A stretch of 64,000 nucleotides of DNA from Candidatus Geocrenenecus huangii. Its GTDB lineage: Archaea; Thermoproteota; Nitrososphaeria_A; Caldarchaeales; Wolframiiraptoraceae. Shown here in pieces: positions 31,947 through 40,459 of the stretch (within the stretch, counting starts at the first letter, position 1; each line of letters begins with the position of its first letter). The DNA is taken from positions 41,359-105,358 of the forward strand of contig JALNLM010000004.1 of assembly GCA_023254095.1 (NCBI GenBank), given 5' to 3'. Both the position numbers and the translations under genes were made by a program. Under the pieces are notes generated by a model. The model worked only from the letters and a program-made list of their open reading frames with translations. It did not search any database and was not told the origin of the DNA.

Positions 31947-33521
31947 TTATTCTTGTTCTGTCGTTTCTAGTATTCTTCTATAGTATTGTCTTACCGATTT
32001 ACCTTCTCTACGTTCCCACTCTTCTATGGGGGTCCCGTAGAATCTTTGAATTCTATCCCTGTACCAATGGGATAGTACGTTGAATGCGCAGAAGGGAATA
32101 GCACGGTTATCTGGTGTTAGATAGTGGATCCCACATCTCATTACTCTTTCTACATCGTAGTTATAGAGATCCATGAAATGCATCATTCCCAAGAACAAGC
32201 TTCTCCTATGCCAGTCTCCTACACTCTTATAGTCATGCTTAACTATCATTTCGTAGATCATCCTTTTAACATTTATTCCCTCAGGTTGCTTGTCTTCATG
32301 AATGTATTTTCCGAAATCCCAAAGTATTTTCGCCGCGGTTATGAACCTACTCTTCCCAGATTGTAATTCTTCTGCTCTATCTTGAAGATATTTTATCAAT
32401 CCATCAATATCTATGAATTGTGTTATCGGGACTAGTCTATCGCCATCTTTAAATACATATGTTCCTGCACCGCATACGAAATGCGTTGAAAGCTCGTATT
32501 TCGGAGACTTTACAAGCGCCTCAATCATGTGGGTTAGAGGAGTGCATGCTGGAACTGGGAACCAGGCTTCTCTCGGTATCTCACCATTTGTCTGCTCCTC
32601 TATCTTGATTATACAGTCGGGTATAGTTATCCTATATTTTTCTCTTTCTTTGTAGGTTAATCTACCTGTTAAGGATACGGGTTGGAAGTTAACAGACCTT
32701 ATGATATCTATATTCTTGAAACCGAATCTTATTATATCTCCAAGCTCATGGTCGTTGACCCCGCGAATTATTGTAGGTACAAGCACTATGCCTACATTCA
32801 GCTTCCTAGCATTCTCGATAACTTTAGGTACTTCCCAATGATTTTTCGGGTTAGTCCTAGGTGTAACACCGTCGAAGCTTAGGTAGAGATTGCTTACACC
32901 CGCTTCCTTTACTTTCTTAAAGAACTCGAAATCATATGAAAGCCTGATACCATTAGTGTTAAGTTGAATGTGGTCGACACCTTCTTCTTTTATTACTTTA
33001 ATGATCTCGGGTAGGTCATCTCTTAGAGCAGGCTCCCCACCGGTGATCTGAACAGAATTCCCTGGAACAGGATATTCCCTCCTAAGGATTCTAACCATTT
33101 CTCTAATCTGGTCGATCGAGGGCTCATACACATACCCAGCGCGCTCAGCAAAGAAGAAACAGTACCAACAATAGAGATCGCATCTATTCGTTACTACTAT
33201 GTTAGCTAAGGCTGTGTGGCTCAGATGACCTGGACAGAGTCCGCAGTTAGCTGGGCAGGCATATCCCAAGATATTTATGTTCGGGTTACCTGTACCCTTA
33301 CCATCATGTGCGTACTTATTGAATCTCTTATACATTTCAGCATCGCCATAGTAAAGTTCGACGATCTTGCCGTGGGTAGGACATTCTTTCTCCAAGAAGA
33401 TCTTGTTGTCTCTCTCAACTACCTCGGCTGGAATAACTAGGCTACATTCTGGACAGACGCTAAGAGTAGTTTTCAAGACTTGTTTAACCTCGCTTACCTC
33501 GTTAATACTCTGCCTCAACAT
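31947..33521 (-). CDS. tes: Radical SAM tetraether lipid synthase (Tes/GDGT-MAS)-like
   Basis: N-terminal CPEC...CPTHG, CP.NCGLC..H, CDLYCWYC radical SAM motif, NFQPVS, C-terminal HFMD.YN.D.ERV.RC.IHY...IPFC. Confidence 0.85.
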   Translation of the reverse strand: MLRQSINEVSEVKQVLKTTLSVCPECSLVIPAEVVERDNKIFLEKECPTHGKIVELYYGDAEMYKRFNKYAHDGKGTGNPNINILGYACPANCGLCPGHLSHTALANIVVTNRCDLYCWYCFFFAERAGYVYEPSIDQIREMVRILRREYPVPGNSVQITGGEPALRDDLPEIIKVIKEEGVDHIQLNTNGIRLSYDFEFFKKVKEAGVSNLYLSFDGVTPRTNPKNHWEVPKVIENARKLNVGIVLVPTIIRGVNDHELGDIIRFGFKNIDIIRSVNFQPVSLTGRLTYKEREKYRITIPDCIIKIEEQTNGEIPREAWFPVPACTPLTHMIEALVKSPKYELSTHFVCGAGTYVFKDGDRLVPITQFIDIDGLIKYLQDRAEELQSGKSRFITAAKILWDFGKYIHEDKQPEGINVKRMIYEMIVKHDYKSVGDWHRRSLFLGMMHFMDLYNYDVERVMRCGIHYLTPDNRAIPFCAFNVLSHWYRDRIQRFYGTPIEEWERREGKSVRQYYRRILETTEQE

Positions 33522-34055
33522 AATCTATCCTAAGATTGCTGAACATCTAATTAAAGTATTTCCAAACTAACCCTAATAAGAAAGTTAAGAATGTCTGACT
33601 CATAAAGATGATGGTCAACTACGAAATGCTAGGATAGAAATAGTAGAAGATCGATATCTTTCTCCACTACCCTCTTACAAGCATCAATCCTCGGTAATCA
33701 AAGATAAACAAATGTGGTATTCTTGGACCCCATAATTTTATTCTTCTTAGATCTTGAAGCTTCTATAATACTCCATCTGAAAGAGATGACGCAACAAATA
33801 AAAAGACTTGTAATTACTCTAAATAATTCACACTTAAAGCTTCTCTCATAATCTATTCAATAAAATACTCTAAAGAACACTTTCAAACTAGTTGATAATG
33901 GTTGTCTAGAAACTGGGGAAAACTGAAACATAAGAATCATATAGCCAATTTCATAAACACACTATCTAGTTCTCAAAAGATAAATTGAAAAACTAAAAAT
34001 TCAAGATCAAAATCTAAATATAACCATAACGTAAAAATTAATGGAGACAGCGTAG

Positions 34056-34172
34056 CCCGCGGTAGCTCAGCCTGGTAGAGCGTCCGGCTGTAGCCATACC
34101 TGCGCAGGTATGGTCACAACTACCAGGCTGACAGAAACCGGATGGTCGCAGGTTCAAATCCTGCCCGCGGGA
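34056..34172 (+). tRNA. tRNA-Tyr(GUA) with 43-nt intron at position 37/38 (34094-34136); CCA not encoded
   Basis: Acceptor stem CCCGCGG/CCGCGGG, D-stem GCTC/GAGC, anticodon stem TCCGG/CCGGA with GTA at 34090-92, T-arm GCAGG-TTCAAAT-CCTGC; BHB-type CTGT/ACAG helix with 3-nt bulges. Confidence 0.95.
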
Positions 34173-34359
34173 TATTCTATATACTATCCCATCTTTTGAC
34201 GATGCTCTTAATCTTCTGGCTGCTTCAACATGCGCTCTGAAATATCAAGTATTAATCCTTACAACATATTCTTGTTACATTTCCTAGAGTGATTAACATT
34301 TCTTTTTATCTAAAGGGATGCTACAAAGAGAATTGAAGTCACGGAATTCGTTATCTTAG

Positions 34360-34700
34360 TTATTTAAGCCTCGCTCTAGCAATAGCAGATAAGTAGATCT
34401 TTCTTCCATCTTTCTGGATTATGAGACCTTCAAGAGCAAAATTCTCAGCTACTTTCATTATCAAAATATCTAACCAGAACTTATAATAGATGATTCTATA
34501 CCCAGCGATTAGATCAGAAGTTATCGCCCTCGGTTCTAGGTTCTCTCTAAGAAATCTTTCATCAAGAACTACGACGTCTATAACCTTCCCTGTTACAATT
34601 TTTCAATATTTTAGCAATTTCTATCTCTAGTCAGGTTTTTTCACGTATATCGAAAACTTTATCTATAACTATTATACATCCAGAACTCTGGCTTTCATCG
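34360..34700 (-). pseudogene. Decayed minimal nucleotidyltransferase (MNT-like) gene
   Basis: Pieced across frameshifts and a stop: DV / IVIDKVFDIREKT*LEIEIAKIL / VTGKVIDVVVLDERFLRENLEP...DLIAGYRIIY...ARLK*. Confidence 0.5.
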
Positions 34701-35059
34701 AGTTATAGATGCCGCTATAATTTTTTATATTTCTAGATCCTGAAATGTCTAGAAATATAATAAAATAATTCCGGAGTTAAGTTTGATTAATGCTTTGGTA
34801 TAATTTTCTCATCTATAGTCTAGGTAGCATTATTATTTCTCTAAATCATGGTTCTAGAATAGGAATCTGCTTGAAGAATACATGCTATAGAGATCTTAGA
34901 TTGATCTCATGAATATTTTATTGTGGTTAAGTAGCTATGAGGAGAATGCGTATGTGTAAATGGTTCAGGTACATTATGAATGTATGCATGGGCGTATAAC
35001 TTGACAGTATATATGTAGGCATTTACATATTCTTTACTAGCTAACTAAGGTGTGAGACC

Positions 35060-36349
35060 TTGACTGGATTAATTGATAAAAGTTTTGACGTAGCAATCAT
35101 AGGTGCTGGGCCCGCGGGTTTGTCAGCTGCATATACTCTTGCGAAGAACGGGTTGAAAGTAGTTGTTCTCGAAAGAGGGCGGACGCCTGGTTCAAAGAAC
35201 CTTTATGGTGGAAGAATTTACGTTAAACCTCTTGAAGAAATTTTTGAAAATTTTAGACAAGAAGCACCTATCGAGAGATGGGTTAAGAGAGAACGCTTCA
35301 GCATAATGTCTAGAGGAGAGTTATTTACCCTAGAGTATAGTTCTCAAGATACCACAAGCTTCGTAGCTTATCTATCCAAGCTTACAGGCTGGATGGCCAA
35401 GAAAGCTGAGGATGCTGGAGCAGTGATAGTTACAGATGTACGTGTAGACAGCATTCATCTAGAAGATGGCGTAGTAAGAGGAGTGATATCCGGCGAGGAT
35501 ATACTACGAGCCGACGTAGTAGTAGATGCAGAGGGAGTAAATAGGCTAGTTCTTGAAAGACTGGGATTAGTGAATAAGCTAAGTACAACCCAGGTTGCTC
35601 TAGGCTTGAAGCAGGTTATACGACTAGACGCTGATAAGATTGAGGCTAGGCTTGGTCTTTCTCCTGGAGAAGGCCTAGCATGGCTCATAATAGGGGAAGC
35701 AACAGGATATCTCCCCGGAGGAGCATTCATCTACACTAATTCTTCTACTATCAGCATCGGATTCGTGGTATTCCTAGATGAAGCATGTAAAAGAGTCCAC
35801 AAACATGTATTCGATGCTCTTGAAGAATTTAAGCAGACCCCAGCGATCAAGAATATCATAAGTGATGGTGCACTGATCGAGTATGGCTCTCACCTAACAC
35901 CTGAAGCAGGGTTGAAGATGGGACCCACAAAATTATATGGTAATGGTTTACTGATAGTTGGTGATGCGGCTGGACTCCTCTTAAATCTTGGATACACTAT
36001 TAGAGGGGTAGACTTTGCAGCTTATAGCGGATATCTAGCGGCGAAGACTATCCTGAAAGCTCATAGTGAAGGAGGCTACAGAGAAGAGAACCTCTCAATG
36101 TATCAGAAACTTCTCGAAGAAAGTTTTATCATAAAAGAACTTAGGAGGCACAGAAATACCTCTAAGATTCTGAAATCAAGTGAAATGTTTACAATGTATC
36201 CCGTAATGATGTTAGATGTAGCTGGAAGGCTTTTCCAAATACAGGATTCCTCTCCAACGCTAATGCAAGCATTGAAAGAATCTATAAAAGGTAGGGCGTC
36301 CCTAGCGAAAATTATCTGGGATACGTTCAAGTTGGTGAGAGCACTATGA
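35060..36349 (+). CDS. fixC: FixC-like FAD-dependent ETF:quinone oxidoreductase
   Basis: GAGPAG, ERG..PGSKN.YGG, EYGSHL.PE.G, GDAAG..LN.G.TIRG.D. Confidence 0.88.
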   Translation: MTGLIDKSFDVAIIGAGPAGLSAAYTLAKNGLKVVVLERGRTPGSKNLYGGRIYVKPLEEIFENFRQEAPIERWVKRERFSIMSRGELFTLEYSSQDTTSFVAYLSKLTGWMAKKAEDAGAVIVTDVRVDSIHLEDGVVRGVISGEDILRADVVVDAEGVNRLVLERLGLVNKLSTTQVALGLKQVIRLDADKIEARLGLSPGEGLAWLIIGEATGYLPGGAFIYTNSSTISIGFVVFLDEACKRVHKHVFDALEEFKQTPAIKNIISDGALIEYGSHLTPEAGLKMGPTKLYGNGLLIVGDAAGLLLNLGYTIRGVDFAAYSGYLAAKTILKAHSEGGYREENLSMYQKLLEESFIIKELRRHRNTSKILKSSEMFTMYPVMMLDVAGRLFQIQDSSPTLMQALKESIKGRASLAKIIWDTFKLVRAL

Positions 36350-36645
36350 GTGAAGCAAAAGTACTAAAGAAGATGAAGATCGACGAAGCCTTGAATACAA
36401 ACGTATGGGATGTCGATCACAAGCCGCACATAGTCGTAGACTATGAAAAATGTAGAAAAATATGCGACAAGAAGATCTGCACCCTTCTCTGCCCAGCAGG
36501 ATGCTACACTTTAACAAGTGGCGAGATACTCTTCAGCTACGAAGGATGCCTTGAATGTGGAACATGTAGAGTAGTCTGCCCAAATGAAGCAGTAACATGG
36601 AATTACCCCCTAAGTGGAAGAGGGGTCCAATACAGATACGGTTAA
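36346..36645 (+). CDS. fixX: FixX-like ferredoxin
   Basis: PHI, C..LCPAGCY, GCLECGTCRVVC, W.YP..G.GV.YRYG. Confidence 0.9.
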   Translation: MSEAKVLKKMKIDEALNTNVWDVDHKPHIVVDYEKCRKICDKKICTLLCPAGCYTLTSGEILFSYEGCLECGTCRVVCPNEAVTWNYPLSGRGVQYRYG

Positions 36646-36962
36646 ATAAAGATGGCGGAGCCATATCGAGAATTCAGAGAGCCTATTCAACGAGAGCTTG
36701 TAATGGCCCACAACAGCTGTAACAAAAGCGAATACACTAATTAATGATGCTCTCAATCTTACAATTTTTCAACGCCAGCAACGTCTGCAGGTTATTGTTC
36801 ATACAGAATGCTCACTTCAATTTACCAACTTATATTCTCTTAAAAGTCTTCAGATTTTGTCTCTATTTAGCGATAATCGGCCTTATCTCTGAAAATTTCT
36901 CTACTTTTCGTTTAATTAGATATTTATTGCGTATCTATTTGCCGGAGCTTGCGACTAGTTGT

Positions 36963-37535
36963 TTATTTTGTTCCGTAGAGTATCTCCTCCGCGGTTGGCC
37001 ATTTAACGTTATAGTAGCCTATGTTTAATCTAGGTATGAGAGCGGAGAGTACTGATTGCATACATAGATCTATTCTAGCAATTTTCTCTCTCGTTAAGTA
37101 TCCTACGGCTCCAATAGTATTACCTATATCCTTTATCCCTGATCTTTCTTCAATTATCTGTTCTGCCTCTTTATACTTCTTTGAAACAACTCCTTTGACT
37201 ACTTCTACAGGAAACTCGAAACCCATGCTTACACCAATAGTAACTAGATGACTTCTGTCTATTATCGCACATAAATGTTTATCCATGTATCCAGTTATGC
37301 TCCAGGGAGCCTCGACCAAGCCTGCCTCTATACCAACACCATAATCATAATCGCCTGAAGAGATTGCCTGCAGACTTCTTGAAACAGCATATTTGATAGT
37401 TTCAAGATATCCGATCGGTTGAGGAATAGAATGTACATCAATACTCTCAACTAAGAAATCGTCGAAGAATAGGCTGAAGCATCTTCTAACAGCCTCGACC
37501 TTAACAGGGTTCCTCGAGCCTACCGAGACCTTCAC
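36963..37535 (-). CDS. Inosine/xanthosine triphosphatase (YjjX/DUF84)
   Basis: VGSRNPVKVEAV, QPIG..ET, GVGIEAG, GAVGYLT. Confidence 0.88.
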   Translation of the reverse strand: MKVSVGSRNPVKVEAVRRCFSLFFDDFLVESIDVHSIPQPIGYLETIKYAVSRSLQAISSGDYDYGVGIEAGLVEAPWSITGYMDKHLCAIIDRSHLVTIGVSMGFEFPVEVVKGVVSKKYKEAEQIIEERSGIKDIGNTIGAVGYLTREKIARIDLCMQSVLSALIPRLNIGYYNVKWPTAEEILYGTK

Positions 37536-37699
37536 GTAATAAGAAGAAACTGCTCGAGCAATAAAGATTGCTAAACAAAATAGGGTCAGGGATTAAATAC
37601 AGTTTCCACGAGAGTTATTCGTTCCCACCTATATCTCAGTTTTTATTTCTTTTTATAGAAATCTTATTTCAATCCTTGACCTTTTTCTAGGTGGTACAT

Positions 37700-37798
37700 A
37701 TGCCGAGATGTCAGCTATGTGGTAGAAAGACAGAGAAACTTTACTATATCGAGGGGAAGAGAGTATGTGATAAATGTAGGTTTAAAGCAAAATCTTGA
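37700..37798 (+). CDS. 32-aa zinc-finger microprotein (not in the ORF track)
   Basis: MPRCQLCGRKTEKLYYIEGKRVCDKCRFKAKS; two CxxC motifs; AGGTGG Shine-Dalgarno upstream. Confidence 0.7.
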   Translation: MPRCQLCGRKTEKLYYIEGKRVCDKCRFKAKS

Positions 37799-37916
37799 AT
37801 CATACAACATCACCATTTAAAATGCTAAATGATTTCACGATTTAGAGGATCCACGTATCTTGAGGAGAACTAGATACCTTATTCTTTGAAAACATGGAGA
37901 GACTACATTAGAAACG

Positions 37917-38207
37917 TTACTTTCTTAGTTCTTTCTCCGTATCTCTTCTCTTTACGGCTTTATCGAATACTATCCAGTTTCTATACCACTCCTCATTTTC
38001 TTTCTTCAATAATTCTAGAATCCAGCTTGTTAATTCTTTAGCCGTAATCTTCTCAAGCTTCTTCTCCAAGATCCGTGCCTCGACAATCTTAGCAATACTC
38101 CTTGCCGCCTCGATTGTGGCGCCCGATTTTAGACAACTTACAACGATCTTCTCAGGTATGAAGACTTCCTCACTCCCATCTCTTTTAACAACGACTATAC
38201 GGACCAT
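37917..38207 (-). CDS. Stand-alone ATP-cone domain protein
   Basis: VVKRDGSEE.F..EKI..S..K.GA. Confidence 0.85.
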   Translation of the reverse strand: MVRIVVVKRDGSEEVFIPEKIVVSCLKSGATIEAARSIAKIVEARILEKKLEKITAKELTSWILELLKKENEEWYRNWIVFDKAVKRRDTEKELRK

Positions 38208-38360
38208 CGTATAAGAAAACGTAAACCATGTATAAAAGAGTTTTAATAAAATATAGAAGTTCTAGAGAGCTTTCATGTCATGCGTAAAGATTAGTCTGAG
38301 AGGCGTCTATCCTGTTCCGCCTAGAAGAAAATAAGTTTTTAGACCTCCGTTAATATTATT

Positions 38361-39011
38361 TTGAATGAGAATTTGAGAAAGCTTTTTATCGCTACTCTAG
38401 GCTTTGACGAAAAGTTTATCATCAGATCGTTAATAAGAAATGGATTATCTAATGGCGACTCAATTCTAATTTTCGCTCCCAAAGGATACCTGCAAGATGA
38501 TAAATCTAGTAAAGCAGCTGAAGCCATAAAAGAGATAGTTACGAAGATCCTTCCAAACGTTGAATTGAGAATTGAGGAATATGATCTTCGAGAAGACTTT
38601 GCCAGAGAGATCCATAGGGCTAGAAGCTTAATCCAGAATTATGAATCCAATGAAGTAATCGCATGTCTATCAGGTGGGATGAGAGCATTAATACTTGGAG
38701 TAATCTCAGCTCTCATGACGCTTGATGGTTACAGGATAGTTATCGAAATAGAATTTGAGAATCTGGAAAACTATGTAAGGATACCTCTGCATACATTAAA
38801 GATACCATACAACAACAGATGGCTAACCATATTAGAACATCTAGAGTCTGGAAAGTCTATTAGGGCAATATCTAAAGACGTGGGATTGTCTGCCGCAACG
38901 ATCAGCCGGATAGTAAACGAAATGAAAAGCTATAAGCTAGTTGACGAAGAAAATCAGGTTACAGAAGACGGGTTCTTCTATATGAAAATCTATAAAAAGC
39001 TGTTTCGATGA
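38361..39011 (+). CDS. csa3: CRISPR-associated CARF-HTH regulator Csa3
   Basis: IATLGFDEKFIIR, LSGGMRAL, EIEFE, C-terminal winged HTH (SIRAISKDVGLSAATISR). Confidence 0.92.
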   Translation: MNENLRKLFIATLGFDEKFIIRSLIRNGLSNGDSILIFAPKGYLQDDKSSKAAEAIKEIVTKILPNVELRIEEYDLREDFAREIHRARSLIQNYESNEVIACLSGGMRALILGVISALMTLDGYRIVIEIEFENLENYVRIPLHTLKIPYNNRWLTILEHLESGKSIRAISKDVGLSAATISRIVNEMKSYKLVDEENQVTEDGFFYMKIYKKLFR

Positions 39012-39020
39012 TGTGAAACA
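39001..39020. promoter_or_regulatory. TGTTTC-N8-GAAACA palindrome, candidate Csa3 operator
   Basis: Perfect 6-bp inverted repeat about 40 bp upstream of a BRE/TATA-like GAAAGATTTATA that precedes the csa5 ATG at 39090. Confidence 0.5.
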
Positions 39021-39089
39021 AAATGTTCTTTCTTATGAAATATTAATACAGACGAAAGATTTATACCTTTGTTCGATGAATATGATTGT

Positions 39090-39467
39090 ATGAACCCTGA
39101 GGCAGAGGAAAGTGTGGAGGAAAAGTTTAGTGAGATAGTTAACATGCTGAGATTCTTCTCGAAGATAAGAAGATACAGTTTTCTCGATAGAATAGGAAAT
39201 GCATTAAACTATGAAACTATCGAGTTTGCTTTATGGGAAGCGATCAGAACCTTCAGGTCAATATATGATTCAGCAAAGATAGAGAAGATAGATAATAAAG
39301 AACGTAGATACTATGAAGAAGATGGAAAAACATACATCTTGCCTAAGATCCCTGAAGAGTCTCAGATTATTGAATTTTTAAGACTTGCCAGAGAAGAAAT
39401 AGGTGTGGCTAGAAGATTAGCGATCAGAGCTTTGAGTTTTCCATATATTGTTAAAGAAGAAGAGTGA
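39090..39467 (+). CDS. csa5: Type I-A small subunit Csa5 (Cas11)
   Basis: YSFLDRIGNALN.ETI.FAL.EAIR; position before cas7; TTG at 39069 is an alternative start. Confidence 0.85.
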   Translation: MNPEAEESVEEKFSEIVNMLRFFSKIRRYSFLDRIGNALNYETIEFALWEAIRTFRSIYDSAKIEKIDNKERRYYEEDGKTYILPKIPEESQIIEFLRLAREEIGVARRLAIRALSFPYIVKEEE

Positions 39468-39478
39468 GGTGAAGGTAC

Positions 39479-40453
39479 ATGTTTGTGAGCGTAGGGGCTA
39501 GATTTGAGGCAAATGTTGAAGCATTAAATATGGTTGAAACTGCTGGAAACTACTCGAAGCATAGGAGGGTGCCATACATAGTCGAAGACAAGGGAGCGAT
39601 AAAGATAATCTACGTTCCCGCTGTAAGTGGAGAAAGCATTGCTCATGCATTCCAAGAACTATTAGCTGAGGAAGCAGCAGCTGAAAATCAAAAAGTATGT
39701 AGAAAATGTGCTAGAGGAGAGTTCTTGAAGTCAATGGATGAGGAGAATGCTGCTGAAAAGTTTGAAGATAAGAAAACACCTTCCGTAGCAGAAGAGATAG
39801 AGAAAGGAATTGTAAAGAATTGCACGGTAGAAGATGTTGGTGGGTTCCTATACGCAGGTAAACCGCCTGTCAAAAGAACATCTTCTTTCCAGGTTAGTTA
39901 CGCACTACCGATAAAGAAGATGGCTGTATACTCTACTGTTGAACCTCAACTACATGCTAGACATGCAATAATCGCTAAAGTTGAGGAGAAGAAAAGAGAG
40001 GTGGGAACTGCTGCTGAGCAGATGCTATACTATGTAGAGACCGGTACCGCTATCTATGCTTTTACACTCAACATAGACCTAAAAGCCATAGGTATAAGCG
40101 CAATAACAGGCAATCTCTTAATATCTGAAGATGAGGTAAAAGCTAGAAGAAGATCAACTATACGTTCTCTGGCAAGAATGCTTTCATCTGGTCAGTTTGG
40201 TGCGAAGCTTTCAAGATTCCTGCCTTTAGGAGGCATAATATCGCTTGTGGCCTCAGTAACCGAGAAACCCTTTACAATAACATCTCCAATATACGATGGG
40301 TTTGAAGACAATACTATGAAGAGACTTGAAAAAATAGCGAGAGAATTTAATGAAGAGTATAGATACTTCGTAATGGGGAGAGAGGGGCTCGATACGCCAG
40401 AGCATGTCATGACACAGCTACTACAATACTTGAAGAGCAGAGACATAGTATAG
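39479..40453 (+). CDS. cas7: Type I-A Cas7 (Csa2)
   Basis: NVEALNMVE..GNYSKHRR, VPAVSGES.AH, EDVGGFL, KRTS, QLHARH, FGAKLSRF.P. Confidence 0.95.
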   Translation: MFVSVGARFEANVEALNMVETAGNYSKHRRVPYIVEDKGAIKIIYVPAVSGESIAHAFQELLAEEAAAENQKVCRKCARGEFLKSMDEENAAEKFEDKKTPSVAEEIEKGIVKNCTVEDVGGFLYAGKPPVKRTSSFQVSYALPIKKMAVYSTVEPQLHARHAIIAKVEEKKREVGTAAEQMLYYVETGTAIYAFTLNIDLKAIGISAITGNLLISEDEVKARRRSTIRSLARMLSSGQFGAKLSRFLPLGGIISLVASVTEKPFTITSPIYDGFEDNTMKRLEKIAREFNEEYRYFVMGREGLDTPEHVMTQLLQYLKSRDIV

Positions 40454-40459
40454 ACCTCG

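Noticed and set aside
33550-33900. Long AT-rich gap, possible origin or CRISPR array
   Set aside because: Only short TACTCTAAA duplicates, with no regular periodicity or ORB set
36650-36960. 94-aa ORF and hydrophobic minus-strand fragments
   Set aside because: No RBS or family motif; probably non-coding or unrecognisably decayed
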